64,000 nucleotides of DNA from Planctomycetota bacterium (GCA_963675945.1 OY780932.1:1640503-1704502); one strand, 5' to 3'; shown: positions 47,690 through 57,862, counted from the stretch's first letter. Notes: a model not told the origin generated them from the sequence alone. Translations and numbers: made by a program.

Positions 47690-47713
47690 ATGAAAATTGC
47701 GTAGGCAATTTTC
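47690..47713. promoter_or_regulatory. palindromic site GAAAATTGCGTAGGCAATTTTC (copy 2 of 2), 35-55 bp upstream of the GT87-like gene
   Basis: Same arms as copy 1, extended by 1 bp on each side. Confidence 0.45.
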
Positions 47714-47746
47714 TGGGATTGGCGGGAATCTTTGGTGTAGCGGGAT

Positions 47747-48979
47747 ATGAAAAATGCAGGATTAAATCATATGTCTAAATTAGCAGATAAGATTTTAACG
47801 TTGTTGGAGCAACCTAAGATTCGTTATTCGGCTTTTGCGGCTATAGGCGGAATTACTATCTTCTTGTTTGTTCAGAGTATCGGCTGTGCCCTCCGCCCTA
47901 TAGGCTATGACTTTACATCATATTATATGTCTGCACAAGCTCTGTTGAACGGCACCGATCCGTATAATAACGGTACCGCTTTCCCTTATGTCTACCCCCT
48001 GACCTTGGCTTTCGCCATCATTCCTCTGGCAGTCCTGCCTTATTGGCTTGCTGCTGCGCTCTGGTTCATTCTAACCGCCTTGTGTCTGGTCGGTGTGTTC
48101 TGGTTGCTTATCATGATATTTAAGGACAATGGATATGGGTTGGCTTTGCAACGCGCACCCGGGGTCATACTAGTATTCTACATCTTATTATTTGAGATAC
48201 TTCAGAATAACTTCAGGAACGGGCAGGTGAATCTGCAGGTGCTACTCTTATGCGTATTGTTTATCTATTGTTATACTGTAGAGCGAAAGTACCTGGCCGC
48301 AGTATTTCTGGCGCTGGCTATAGCTTGTAAACTGGTGCCAGGATTTCTAATCCTCTTTCTTCTCTACAGGGGAGAGTATAGAGTATTGCTAGCGACCGTG
48401 TTATTGACCCTCGGGTTCTGCTTTATCCCGATTATTATTACCGGGGCAGAGATATTCACTTATTACGGGGTATGGTTTGAAGATTTTATCCTGCATGATC
48501 TACAGCATCAGACCTCTGCCCCGGGTACCTTTTTGAGTTATAATCTGGCGGATACGCTGGGAGTCCACCTGCATCTACCGATGCGCGTAGCCAGGCCGCT
48601 GGCTTTCGGTCTGGTGATAGGCGGTTTTGGGGTAATAGAGCTGGTATGCCGCAAAGCAAGGGGCAGCTTGAAGGATATAGCTATTTTCTCCCTCTACTTA
48701 CTCGGTATGTTGCTGTTGTCTCCCAGATCGCAGACACATTATCTCGTATACTTATTTCCTGCGCTATTTGTCGCTTTCACCCTGTTGGCAGCTGAAGAGC
48801 AGAAAGGGCGGAAAATACTCATTGCGGCCTTTGTGGCGATATTTATACTGCTGTTGATAGCAGAGAATTATAAGCACGGGGTCTGGTATTTCCTGGCCAT
48901 CAGCGACACTTTTATAGTTCTGACATACCTCCTGTTTGCTCACTTCGAATATGAGAAGAAGCTTACTCTGGAAGAATAG
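47747..48979 (+). CDS. polytopic membrane protein of the DUF2029 / glycosyltransferase family 87-like group
   Basis: 410 aa with about 11 TM helices and the DUF2029-typical hydrophobic organisation; no soluble domain. Confidence 0.5.
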   Translation: MKNAGLNHMSKLADKILTLLEQPKIRYSAFAAIGGITIFLFVQSIGCALRPIGYDFTSYYMSAQALLNGTDPYNNGTAFPYVYPLTLAFAIIPLAVLPYWLAAALWFILTALCLVGVFWLLIMIFKDNGYGLALQRAPGVILVFYILLFEILQNNFRNGQVNLQVLLLCVLFIYCYTVERKYLAAVFLALAIACKLVPGFLILFLLYRGEYRVLLATVLLTLGFCFIPIIITGAEIFTYYGVWFEDFILHDLQHQTSAPGTFLSYNLADTLGVHLHLPMRVARPLAFGLVIGGFGVIELVCRKARGSLKDIAIFSLYLLGMLLLSPRSQTHYLVYLFPALFVAFTLLAAEEQKGRKILIAAFVAIFILLLIAENYKHGVWYFLAISDTFIVLTYLLFAHFEYEKKLTLEE

Positions 48980-49121
48980 CCGGTTATTCATAGATTAATG
49001 CAAATCAATAGGTTTCAGCCGCCGGTGCGTGAAATATCAGGCATCGGGGCTCGCGCTTGTCTACTCTTATCATATTAGTAAAAAAGTTATTAAAACTACT
49101 TTTGTAACTTGACTAAGCACT

Positions 49122-50363
49122 TTGACGGGGTATACTCCAGGTATTATGCTTAAAAATGAAAAGGGCAGATCGCTCAAACAAAGTAACAGGTATATAATTC
49201 TCAACACCCTGCGTGGGGTGCAGGATATCTCTATAGCCGGGTTGGCGCGATTTACCGAACTGAGTAAACCAACGATTAAGAAGGTGTTGGATCACTTTAT
49301 TGAGCAGGGGCTGGTATGTGAAGTTGGGAAGGGCAGCTCTACCGAGGAGGGAGGGAAGAGACCGCTACTCTATAGCTTCAACGCGGATTATTCGCGGGTA
49401 ATAGCTATCCATCTGGGGCCGAATTTTATAATTAGCACCTTACTCAATTTTCGGGGTGAAGTAGTCAAATCCGAGTCGGTTGAGCTTGGCGCCGGAGTGA
49501 GCTTTACTGAAGTGATTAATGAGTTGGTAGGGCATATTCATGGCTTCAGTGCGGGGCGAAAAGGCTGTGAAATAAGTGCTATTGTGTTGGCTCTACCCGG
49601 TATTGTCGATCCTGTACAAGGGAGGCTCAGGTATTCGCCTCACTTCGATTCCTGGGAGAGTGTGGAGTTCCGGCGGGAGATTGAGCAGCGTATCGGCAGG
49701 GATATTCCAATCTATGTGGATAATGTCAATCGTTATCAGACATTCGCCGAGATGCATAGCGGCAAGGCGGTCGGGGTGGATAATTTTGCGGTGATCGATG
49801 TGCTGGAGGAAGGGGTCGGCAGTGGTTTGATCCTTGAGGGTAGACTCAAGCACGGCAAACAGAACCTGGCTGGGGAGATCGGACATACCATCGTCAATAC
49901 TGCAGGCGGAGCGGAGTGTATCTGTGGTGGAGTTGGCTGTTTTGAGGCGGAAGTTTCCTGGAAGAACGTTTATCGGCTTATTGAGACGGGGCGGCAGCAG
50001 TATCCGGATTCGGCGCTGTTTCAGCAGGAGCGCTTGAGTCTGCAGAAACTCTTTGATGCGGCCAGAGGCGCAGATAAGCTGGCGCTTATGGTGATGGATA
50101 AGGTGACGACCTATTTTGCCCGTGGCATAAATAACCTGGTGCTGGCGACAGATCCAGAGTTGATAATTATTCAGGGTGTGTATAATGCGGCCGGAGAGGG
50201 TTTTATCCAGCAGATCAAGCATAAGGTTGATAGCTTGTCGCTGGTCTTATTGCGCCGTGATATCAGAATAGTGTTTTCTGATTTCGGGATGGATAGAGGA
50301 ATTCACGGAGCGGGGATGTACTGGATATCGCGGTTCTTCGAAGAGGACAGTCTGTACGAGTAA
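49122..50363 (+). CDS. ROK-family transcriptional regulator (NagC/Mlc/XylR-like)
   Basis: N-terminal wHTH, a sugar-kinase-like domain, and the ROK zinc motif CICGGVGCFE. An alternative start at 49146 is possible. Confidence 0.8.
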   Translation: MTGYTPGIMLKNEKGRSLKQSNRYIILNTLRGVQDISIAGLARFTELSKPTIKKVLDHFIEQGLVCEVGKGSSTEEGGKRPLLYSFNADYSRVIAIHLGPNFIISTLLNFRGEVVKSESVELGAGVSFTEVINELVGHIHGFSAGRKGCEISAIVLALPGIVDPVQGRLRYSPHFDSWESVEFRREIEQRIGRDIPIYVDNVNRYQTFAEMHSGKAVGVDNFAVIDVLEEGVGSGLILEGRLKHGKQNLAGEIGHTIVNTAGGAECICGGVGCFEAEVSWKNVYRLIETGRQQYPDSALFQQERLSLQKLFDAARGADKLALMVMDKVTTYFARGINNLVLATDPELIIIQGVYNAAGEGFIQQIKHKVDSLSLVLLRRDIRIVFSDFGMDRGIHGAGMYWISRFFEEDSLYE

Positions 50364-50492
50364 GGCTCAAGCATGGGCGCGGAAATCTGTCTCTTTGAAC
50401 ACCTGGGGGATAGGAGCGGGATTTTATTGAAATTAATTTATGCTAAATTATTAGTAGTGAGTGGTGTTTGGGTTACAGGAAAGGTAGATATT

Positions 50493-50978
50493 ATGAAGAT
50501 CAAGAGTGTAGAGTTGCAGAGTGCTGAATTTGCGCCTTATGGCGAGATAATGGCCGGAGGTGATCTGGGTGGTTTTACGCCGCTAGGGGCAGATGACGCG
50601 TATACCTATACTAGCACGACCTGTGGGGTGCCAGTAGGCGAGGAGTGCTGCTCGGGGATGCTTATTTGCAAGAATCGGGAGATGGTATTTCAGAAGATGG
50701 AGTATCACGCGCATACCTCGGAGATTCTGGTGGCGCTCAAGAATGATTATGTGCTCTGTGTGGCGCCGAAGAATGCCGAGAAGCCCGAACTGGATAAGCT
50801 CAAGGCGTTCAAGGTAAAGCAGGGAACCGTGTTGGCAATGTCGCAGGCCTGCTGGCACTGGATTCCCTTCCCTCTGGGTACGGAGAATGCCGACGTGTTG
50901 GTTATCTTCAAGGATAAGACCGGCGAGAATGATCTGATATATGCCGATCTGCCGGAACCGGTGGAGGTGGAACTGTAG
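50493..50978 (+). CDS. ureidoglycolate-lyase-like (AllA family) cupin protein
   Basis: The N-terminus MKIKSVELQSAEFAPYGEIM parallels AllA [20 protein letters not shown]. About 161 aa from the internal ATG with RBS AGGAAAGG. Confidence 0.55.
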   Translation: MKIKSVELQSAEFAPYGEIMAGGDLGGFTPLGADDAYTYTSTTCGVPVGEECCSGMLICKNREMVFQKMEYHAHTSEILVALKNDYVLCVAPKNAEKPELDKLKAFKVKQGTVLAMSQACWHWIPFPLGTENADVLVIFKDKTGENDLIYADLPEPVEVEL

Positions 50979-51036
50979 CGCTAGGTTGTTTGGCGTCTGA
51001 AGTTTTTTTCTTTTTGATAGATGAATGGGGTTAATT

Positions 51037-51831
51037 ATGGATCTTAAGCTGAAAGGGAAACAGGTATTTATTACTGGTGGGAGTGTCGGCATCGGACTTG
51101 GTGTAGCCAGAGCCTTTGCGGCAGAGGGAGTTGAAGTGGCGATCTGTGCGCGTAATCAGGAGCGGGTCGAGGCCGAGGCTGAGAAGATAGCGACAGAGTT
51201 CGGGGTCAAGACTCTCGGGATTGCTGCCGATGTGACCAAACCTGAGGATATAGAACGGGCGCGAGCGCGGATTGAGGAGGAGTTCGGCGGTATAGATATC
51301 CTGATTAACAATGCCGGGGTCGGTACCGAAGAGACAATCATGGAGGCACCGGATGAGAAGTGGTATCGGGTCTGGGATCTGCATGTGATGGCGGCGATAC
51401 GCACAGCGAGAGCCTTTATCCCGTATATGCGTAAGCGCGGCGGCGGGGCGATTATCAATACCGCGAGTATCTGTGCCAAGCAGCCGCTCGGGTATGAGCC
51501 GATATATAATGTTACCAAAGCGGCTCTGGTGATGCTCGGTAAATGCCTCTCCAATGAGGTGGTCGGCGATAATATCCGGGTCAATACCATAAGCCCGGGA
51601 TTGGTACTTACTCCTGACTGGCGCAAGACCGCTGGTATTCTCTGTCAGAAGGATGGTATAACCGCGGATGAATTCCTCGATAGAATCGCCGAGGGGAATG
51701 CGCCGATCAAGCGTTTCTCCAGCCCGGAGGAGGTCGCCTATACCTATCTCTTTATGGCGTCAGAGTGCGCAAGCTATACGCTTGGGTCTAACTATTCAGT
51801 GGATGGCGGCTGGCTTCAGGTAACCGACTGA
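51037..51831 (+). CDS. SDR-family oxidoreductase
   Basis: TGGSVGIGLGVARAF cofactor motif, the NNAG motif, and YxxxK with Tyr inside the catalytic region. Confidence 0.75.
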   Translation: MDLKLKGKQVFITGGSVGIGLGVARAFAAEGVEVAICARNQERVEAEAEKIATEFGVKTLGIAADVTKPEDIERARARIEEEFGGIDILINNAGVGTEETIMEAPDEKWYRVWDLHVMAAIRTARAFIPYMRKRGGGAIINTASICAKQPLGYEPIYNVTKAALVMLGKCLSNEVVGDNIRVNTISPGLVLTPDWRKTAGILCQKDGITADEFLDRIAEGNAPIKRFSSPEEVAYTYLFMASECASYTLGSNYSVDGGWLQVTD

Positions 51832-51983
51832 GTAGCAGTTGTGGGTTGCGGTATCTTGAAACGAGTAGGCGTGCTGGGTTAGGCGGCGGGATAATCTCAA
51901 TAAAGCGGTTGTAAAATCTAGGAATTCGGGTAAGATCTGAGTACTTATGGAGATTAGGGTTTTTCTAGGTAGTTGAGGAGTTT

Positions 51984-52226
51984 ATGGATACCAAGACTGA
52001 ATTTGCCAGGCGGCGCAGGCTGATAAGCATAATGCTCTTTGTGATGGCTTGTCTGATGCTCTCGTTGTTCTTTATTCGGATTACGCTCTGGGATGTGATT
52101 GTGGTTATTGTCTCGGCGGTGCTGGTGGCGCTGAGTATGCGCCTCAATCGTTGCCCGGCGTGTAATGCTAAGATCAAGAATGATGAGGCCAAGGAGTGTG
52201 AGAATTGTGGGGCGGAACTGCGCTGA
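51984..52226 (+). CDS. small membrane protein with C-terminal CxxC...CxxC zinc-ribbon
   Basis: 80 aa; two TM helices followed by CPACNAKIKNDEAKECENCGAEL. Confidence 0.4.
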   Translation: MDTKTEFARRRRLISIMLFVMACLMLSLFFIRITLWDVIVVIVSAVLVALSMRLNRCPACNAKIKNDEAKECENCGAELR

Positions 52227-52258
52227 GTTATGTTTTGCCGAGTCGTGATAGTTTACGA

Positions 52259-52288
52259 GAAGGAAAATTGCTTCTGCAATTTTCCTTC
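52259..52288 (+). terminator. terminator hairpin after small zinc-ribbon gene
   Basis: Perfect 13-bp stem gaaggaaaattgc / gcaattttccttc, followed by TTTGCTG. Confidence 0.5.
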
Positions 52289-52306
52289 TTTGCTGATATT
52301 ATAAAT

Positions 52307-52331
52307 CAGCCAGCAACGAAGTTGCTGGCTG
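52307..52331 (-). terminator. terminator hairpin downstream of hcp (minus strand)
   Basis: Stem cagccagcaac / gttgctggctg; on the minus strand it is followed by A/T-rich ATTTATAATA. Confidence 0.4.
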
Positions 52332-52347
52332 TGGCGTTGGAGATTAC

Positions 52348-53952
52348 TTACTTTAATGCGTCGGCGATATCGGCGTCGGCGGTGGTGGTCGGAGCGATAT
52401 TAAAGGTATCTACGAGTACCTGCAGCGCTTCCTGAGTGATAAAGGCGGGCAGGGTTGGCCCGAGTTTGATATTCTTGACTCCGAGGAAGAGGAGGCTGAG
52501 GAGTATGGCCACAGCTTTCTGTTCGTACCAGCTCAGGATGATTGAGAGCGGGAGTTCGTTTACCCCGCAGCCGAAGGCCTGGGCGAGCATGAGGGCACAC
52601 TGGACGGCGGAGTAAGCATCGTTACACTGGCCGATATCGAGCAGTCGGGGCAAGTCGGCGACGCTGCCGAAATCAAGCTTGTTGAAGCGGTACTTGCCGC
52701 AGGCGAGGGTGAGGATGATCGAGTCCTGTGGAACCTTCTCAGCCAGCTCGGTATAGTAGTTTCTGCCGCTCTTGGCGCCGTCACAGCCGCCGATAAGGAA
52801 GAAGTGTTTTACCGCGCCGCTTTTGACCGCTGCGACCACGGCGGGAGCGGCATGCTCCAGGGCGTTGTGGCCGAAACCGATGAGGATCTTCTTCTCCGGG
52901 GCGGTCTCGCTGAAGCCGTCTGCAGCTAGCGCAGCTTCAATGACCGGAGTAAAGTCTTTTTCTGCACCGATGTGCGTGACGCCGTCGAAAGCGACTAGAC
53001 CGGTGGTGAAGATACGCGCGGTGTAGGTGGTAGGCTTCTGAATGCAGTTGGTGGTCATGAGGATGGCACCGGGGAATTCGGCGAATTCCTGCTGCTGATC
53101 CTGCCAGGCGCCGCCGTAATTTCCGGCAAGGTGTGGATATTTCTTGAGTTCGGGGTAGGCCAAGGCGGGTAGCATCTCGCCGTGCGTATAGATATCAATA
53201 CCTTTGCCCGCTGTCTGTTCGAGCAGATCCTTCAAATCCTTGAGGTCATGGCCGGAGACGAGTATGCACTTGCCGGCGCGGGGCGTGACTGCGACCTCAG
53301 TCGGCTCGGGATTGCCATACGCGGTAGTGTTGGCTTTATCCAGGAGTTCCATGGCTTGGAAGTTCAGCTCACCCGTAGCCAGTGCCTGCTCCAGCAGCTT
53401 TTCGACTGAGTCCGGTTCTTCGGCGAGAAAAGCGAGTATCGCGCGGAGTTTAGCGTATACCTCTTCAGCTTCGACCCCGAGTACGCGGGCATGATGGAGG
53501 TAGGCGGCGGCGCCCTTGAGGCCGTAGAAGACTACTTCCTGTAGACCAGCGACGGTGGCACCGTACTTTTTTTGCCTGGCAGTGATGGAGACACTCTCGG
53601 CAGTCTTCACGTTCTGGGTTATATCTGAACTGATAGGGATGTCGATCCCGGTGATAGCGGCAGCGGCAGTCGGCTTGAAGCTGGCGCGCAGATCGGCTCC
53701 GGCGAGGATGAGCTCCTGCATCCGGGATTCTGAGAAGTTCACATTGGTAACGGTGGTAAACAAGGCATCGACCAAGTAACGGCTTACCTCTGTATTATTT
53801 TGGGCAGAATTCTCTGCCAGCCAGGCGAGCCCCTTGGCTACTTCGTTCAGTAGATCCTGCAGCCCGGCGACTGACTCTGACTTTCCGCATACACCCTGCT
53901 TGCTCTGGCAGCCTTGGCAATTGACGGTCTGTTCGCACTGATAACAAAACAT
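52348..53952 (-). CDS. hcp: hydroxylamine reductase / hybrid-cluster protein
   Basis: Starts MFCYQCEQT, the N-terminal Cys cluster of Hcp; 534 aa. Confidence 0.9.
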   Translation of the reverse strand: MFCYQCEQTVNCQGCQSKQGVCGKSESVAGLQDLLNEVAKGLAWLAENSAQNNTEVSRYLVDALFTTVTNVNFSESRMQELILAGADLRASFKPTAAAAITGIDIPISSDITQNVKTAESVSITARQKKYGATVAGLQEVVFYGLKGAAAYLHHARVLGVEAEEVYAKLRAILAFLAEEPDSVEKLLEQALATGELNFQAMELLDKANTTAYGNPEPTEVAVTPRAGKCILVSGHDLKDLKDLLEQTAGKGIDIYTHGEMLPALAYPELKKYPHLAGNYGGAWQDQQQEFAEFPGAILMTTNCIQKPTTYTARIFTTGLVAFDGVTHIGAEKDFTPVIEAALAADGFSETAPEKKILIGFGHNALEHAAPAVVAAVKSGAVKHFFLIGGCDGAKSGRNYYTELAEKVPQDSIILTLACGKYRFNKLDFGSVADLPRLLDIGQCNDAYSAVQCALMLAQAFGCGVNELPLSIILSWYEQKAVAILLSLLFLGVKNIKLGPTLPAFITQEALQVLVDTFNIAPTTTADADIADALK

Positions 53953-54149
53953 AAACTCTCCTTTTTTAGAATGGTAAAGCTTGGTTGCACTGTGAGTGAG
54001 TACTGACCTTACTCTAACCTGAAAAAAAACAACTAGTTATAAATAACCTGAAAATGCGAATAATAAATAACGCTGGGGGTATTTGTTTGTTGCACTCAAC
54101 GGTATTAAAATCTATAATTACAGAGTACATTAATGCTTGAAGAGTTTCC

Positions 54150-54163
54150 TTGACTTAAGTCAA
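54150..54163. promoter_or_regulatory. perfect palindrome TTGACTTAAGTCAA (Crp/Fnr-family-type half-sites) in the hcp / amidotransferase divergent region
   Basis: TTGAC-N4-GTCAA, about 200 bp upstream of the hcp start and about 40 bp upstream of the plus-strand gene start. Confidence 0.4.
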
Positions 54164-54201
54164 TAGTCAGGATTTTTTTTTGATAAAATTAGAAGGTATT
54201 T

Positions 54202-54918
54202 ATGGATACTGTATATATTATCATGCACTCTGAGGCTGAAGATGGAGGCAATATCAGGCTCTGGGCTGCGCAGAGAGGTATTGGAATATGCCCGGTGAGG
54301 ATCTTTGCCGATGAACCGCTACCGGAGGTTGAAGCTGGGGATATGGTGGCGATTATGGGCGGGGCGATGAGCGTCTATGCTACCGGACGTTATCCGTGGC
54401 TCGCCGGGGAGGTGACCTGGCTGCGGGAGGTTATTGAGTCCGAAGTGCCGCTGCTCGGAGTCTGTCTGGGGGCGCAGTTGATTACTCTGGCTTTAGGGGG
54501 GCGGGTAGAGGAGAACTCCTGCCGCGAGGTGGGTCATACTACCATCTGTGTGGTGCCGGGAGGTGAGGTGGGCTCGCTCTTTGTGGATTTGCCCAAGAAG
54601 TTCAGTGCTTTTCAGTGGCATAGTGATGAGTGTATACCGCCGAAGAGCGTACGTCTGTTGGCTAGGTCTCTGCATTGCAAGGTGCAGGCCTTTGAATATA
54701 AAGAATTGGTGCTCGGTATTCAGTTTCATCTGGATTACGACGAAACGGCGGTACGCTATAATTTGGATAATTTCCCGCAGGCACTTGAACCCGGCGAGTC
54801 GGTACAGAGCCGGGAGGAGATACTGGCTGGGCTGGAGAATCTGGTGCAAGGCAGAGAGTACCTGAATCTGCTCCTGGATAGGCTCCTGGCTAGGGCAGGC
54901 AAGGTTAGAAAGAGGTAG
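54202..54918 (+). CDS. class I glutamine amidotransferase-like protein
   Basis: GATase1 fold with the catalytic nucleophile motif GVCLGAQL and a His/Glu region (QFHLDYDE). Confidence 0.7.
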   Translation: MDTVYIIMHSEAEDGGNIRLWAAQRGIGICPVRIFADEPLPEVEAGDMVAIMGGAMSVYATGRYPWLAGEVTWLREVIESEVPLLGVCLGAQLITLALGGRVEENSCREVGHTTICVVPGGEVGSLFVDLPKKFSAFQWHSDECIPPKSVRLLARSLHCKVQAFEYKELVLGIQFHLDYDETAVRYNLDNFPQALEPGESVQSREEILAGLENLVQGREYLNLLLDRLLARAGKVRKR

Positions 54919-54920
54919 GA

Positions 54921-55979
54921 ATGGGATTATTGGAAGAGACGGTTGTACAGCTACAGCCACAGGATGAAACGAAAAGAAAAGAAGCCAAAGAGCGCCTGGA
55001 TAAGCTGGCAATACCGCACTGGTCGCTCGGTAAATTGCAGGATCTGGCACTGGAACTGGCCGGGATGTGCGGGAGTATGACCCCGGCGGTGGCGCGGCGG
55101 GTGGTAATTACCTGTGCGGGCGATCACGGGATTGTCGCCCAAGGGGTGAGTGCATTTCCCAAAGAAGTTACGGTAGAGATGGTGAAGAACTTTCTTCGCC
55201 GCGGGGCGAGTATCAATGCCTTAGCCAAGGTGAGCGGTACCGAGGTGTTGGTCGCAGACTTTGGCGTTGATGCAGACCTCAGTGATCTCGGAGGTGGGCT
55301 TATCGCTAAGAAGGTCGCGCGGGGTACGAAGAATTTTTATGTTGAACCGGCGATGAGTCGGGAAGAGGCGGTGCGGGCTATCGAAGGCGGAATTGAGATA
55401 GTCCAGGATAATCTGGATAAATATGATGTCTTCGCCACCGGCGATATGGGAATTGGTAATACTACGCCTTCGAGCGCGATCTGCGCGGCGTTGACCGGTC
55501 TGCCGGCGCTTGAGGTGACGGGGCGCGGTACCGGGATCGGCGATCCGGCACTTCTGAAGAAGGCCAAGGTGATCGATGAGGCGTTGGCGCGGCGTCAGCC
55601 GGATATTAGTGACGGGTTGGATATTCTGGCCAAGGTCGGTGGTTTTGAGATAGGGGGGATTGCCGGGATAATTCTCGGTGCGGCCGCGGCGCGCCGGCCG
55701 GTGGTGGTCGACGGTTTTATCTCTACCGCTGGAGCGATGATTGCTGCGACGCTAAATCCTCTGGCCAAGGAGTATATGATCTCCGCGCATAAGAGCGTGG
55801 AACCGGGGCATATTCAGATGCTGAAATACCTGGGTCTTGATCCGTTGCTTGATTTGGATTTCAGACTCGGGGAAGGCACCGGCTCGGCGGTCTGTATGGG
55901 ACTCCTTGACGCGGCGGTAGCGGTGCTTACAGACATTATGACCTTTGAAGAGGCGGCGGTCAGTACCCGTATAGATTGA
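54921..55979 (+). CDS. cobT: nicotinate-nucleotide--dimethylbenzimidazole phosphoribosyltransferase
   Basis: GDMGIGNTTPSSAI signature; 352 aa. Confidence 0.85.
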   Translation: MGLLEETVVQLQPQDETKRKEAKERLDKLAIPHWSLGKLQDLALELAGMCGSMTPAVARRVVITCAGDHGIVAQGVSAFPKEVTVEMVKNFLRRGASINALAKVSGTEVLVADFGVDADLSDLGGGLIAKKVARGTKNFYVEPAMSREEAVRAIEGGIEIVQDNLDKYDVFATGDMGIGNTTPSSAICAALTGLPALEVTGRGTGIGDPALLKKAKVIDEALARRQPDISDGLDILAKVGGFEIGGIAGIILGAAAARRPVVVDGFISTAGAMIAATLNPLAKEYMISAHKSVEPGHIQMLKYLGLDPLLDLDFRLGEGTGSAVCMGLLDAAVAVLTDIMTFEEAAVSTRID

Positions 55980-56017
55980 GTACCTAGATCTACTTTGTAC
56001 GGAAAGGATGGAGGCAG

Positions 56018-56839
56018 ATGTATCAGGAGAATGTGTTACCGGCGTTTGGTCTGGTCTTATTCGCTGGTCTGTCGACCGGTATCGGTAGTACCCTGGCGTT
56101 CTTCGCCAAGAAGACCAATACCAAATTTCTTTCGATTGCTCTGGGGTTCAGTGCAGGAGTGATGCTCTATGTCTCCTTTGTTGAGATCTTTCAGAAGGCT
56201 CGAGTCGCGCTGACCCAGCCGGAGGTGTTTGGAAACTTCTGGGGAACCTGGGCGACGGTCGGGGCGTTCTTTGCCGGGATGGTGCTGATTGCGCTGATCG
56301 ATAAGCTGGTGCCAACGGTTGAGAATCCGCATGAGATGCATGACGTGCGGGAGATGACCCCGAAGCAGGTCGAGGAGCATAAGTCCAAGCGGCTGATGCG
56401 GATGGGGTTGATGTCGGCGTTGGCGATCGGTATTCACAACTTTCCCGAGGGGCTCGCGACCTTTGCTGGAGCGCTACAGGATCCGGCCGCAGGTATTGCT
56501 ATTGCCGTGGCGATTGCAATACATAATATTCCTGAAGGAATTGCGGTATCGGTGCCGGTCTACTACGCGACGGGGGATAAGAAGAAGGCCTTTATCTACT
56601 CCTTTGCCTCCGGTCTGTCTGAACCGATCGGGGCGCTGCTCGGGTACTTCATCTTTATGCGCTGGTTCTCACCGGCGATGTTTGGGATGATCTTTGCCGG
56701 GGTGGCTGGAATTATGGTCTTTATCTCACTTGATGAACTGCTGCCTACAGCTGAAAAATATGCTGAGCACCATCTCTGTATCTACGGGCTGGTCGCGGGT
56801 ATGGCGGTGATGGCGCTGAGCCTGCTGCTCTTCTTGTAA
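56018..56839 (+). CDS. zupT: ZIP-family zinc transporter ZupT
   Basis: 8 TM helices and HNFPEG / HNIPEG metal-binding motifs; 273 aa. Confidence 0.85.
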   Translation: MYQENVLPAFGLVLFAGLSTGIGSTLAFFAKKTNTKFLSIALGFSAGVMLYVSFVEIFQKARVALTQPEVFGNFWGTWATVGAFFAGMVLIALIDKLVPTVENPHEMHDVREMTPKQVEEHKSKRLMRMGLMSALAIGIHNFPEGLATFAGALQDPAAGIAIAVAIAIHNIPEGIAVSVPVYYATGDKKKAFIYSFASGLSEPIGALLGYFIFMRWFSPAMFGMIFAGVAGIMVFISLDELLPTAEKYAEHHLCIYGLVAGMAVMALSLLLFL

Positions 56840-57019
56840 TATTTTCCACTATAACTGGTTAGGTTTTGCCTGATTGTGGTTTGGCTGGATACTGGGGTTG
56901 GGGTGTGGAGTGGCTGGAAATATTGTTAGTAAAAAATTAGGAAGGCTATTGACATTAGCGGGTAATCCCGTATTATTCTCTTGTTAACATATTGCTTGAG
57001 TGGTATGTTGATGCTAGAA

Positions 57020-57097
57020 GTTCCCATCGTCTAGCCTGGTCCAGGACGACAGATTCTCAGTCTGTAAACAGGGGTTCGAATCCCCTTGGGAATGCCA
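57020..57097 (+). tRNA. tRNA-Glu (anticodon CTC)
   Basis: Acceptor stem GTTCCCA/TGGGAAT, D-arm GTCTAGCCTGGTCCAGGAC, anticodon stem ACAGA/TCTGT with loop TTCTCAG, T-loop TTCGAAT, CCA encoded. Confidence 0.8.
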
Positions 57098-57363
57098 AAT
57101 ATTAAGCTCTGTATACCTAGTGTATATAGGGCTTTTTTTGTCGGTATACATAGGATCTGAGATACTTGCGCTACTCAGTGTATTTATTTCATTTTTGTTC
57201 GAATGGGTAGACGTGAACCCGCTCCTCTTGGGCAATTTTTGGTCAATATTTGGCCAGTTTGACATATGTATCACCATTTCTCAAAGTACTAATTGTGCTG
57301 TCTACTTTAAAATTTACAATTATGCTAAAAGGGTAATTCTACCCAGCACAAATTTTAATTAAA

Positions 57364-57400
57364 GAAAAGTCTTGACCATAGCGTATAGCTACTATACACT
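57364..57400. promoter_or_regulatory. imperfect palindrome gaccatagcgtatagctactatacactatggtc overlapping the MarR start, candidate autoregulatory operator
   Basis: 14-bp arms with one mismatch around the centre TAGCTACTA; a related palindrome lies at 58112..58138. Confidence 0.45.
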
Positions 57401-57862
57401 ATGGTCATGCTTATTAATAAAAGAAATAACAATCGCATAAGTTATGACCTTTTAACTGTAACTTGGAAACTATTTGAATCTGATAAAAAGCTACGGAATT
57501 TCGGTACAGACACGATATTATATGAAGCAGAAATTCATATGATTATGTATATTAAGGATAATCCTGATTTACATGTTTCTGGTTTGGCAAAAAAGATAGG
57601 TGTTACTAAAGGCGCTGTTTCTCAGATAGTCACAAAGCTTGTAAAAAAAGGCATGGTGGTAAAAACTAAAGACGAAGCAAATTTATCGCGAACTTTACTA
57701 CGTTTAACAGGTAAAGGCGAGGTTGCTTATAAGGTGCATGAAAAAATGCATAATGAATTTGATCTAGGAGTAGAAGAAATACTGACAGATGCAACTGTTG
57801 AACAACTAGAATTTCTGCACGATTTCTTAAGAAAGCTTGAAAACTATATAGATGAAAATTAA
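57401..57862 (+). CDS. MarR-family transcriptional regulator
   Basis: wHTH region VSGLAKKIGVTKGAVSQIVTKLVKKGMV; 153 aa. Confidence 0.8.
   Translation: MVMLINKRNNNRISYDLLTVTWKLFESDKKLRNFGTDTILYEAEIHMIMYIKDNPDLHVSGLAKKIGVTKGAVSQIVTKLVKKGMVVKTKDEANLSRTLLRLTGKGEVAYKVHEKMHNEFDLGVEEILTDATVEQLEFLHDFLRKLENYIDEN

Noticed and set aside
57100-57141. Possible terminator after tRNA-Glu (T-run at 57134..57141)
   Set aside because: The T-run is real but the preceding stem is poor (gtatac self-palindromes only), so it is not confident enough to annotate.
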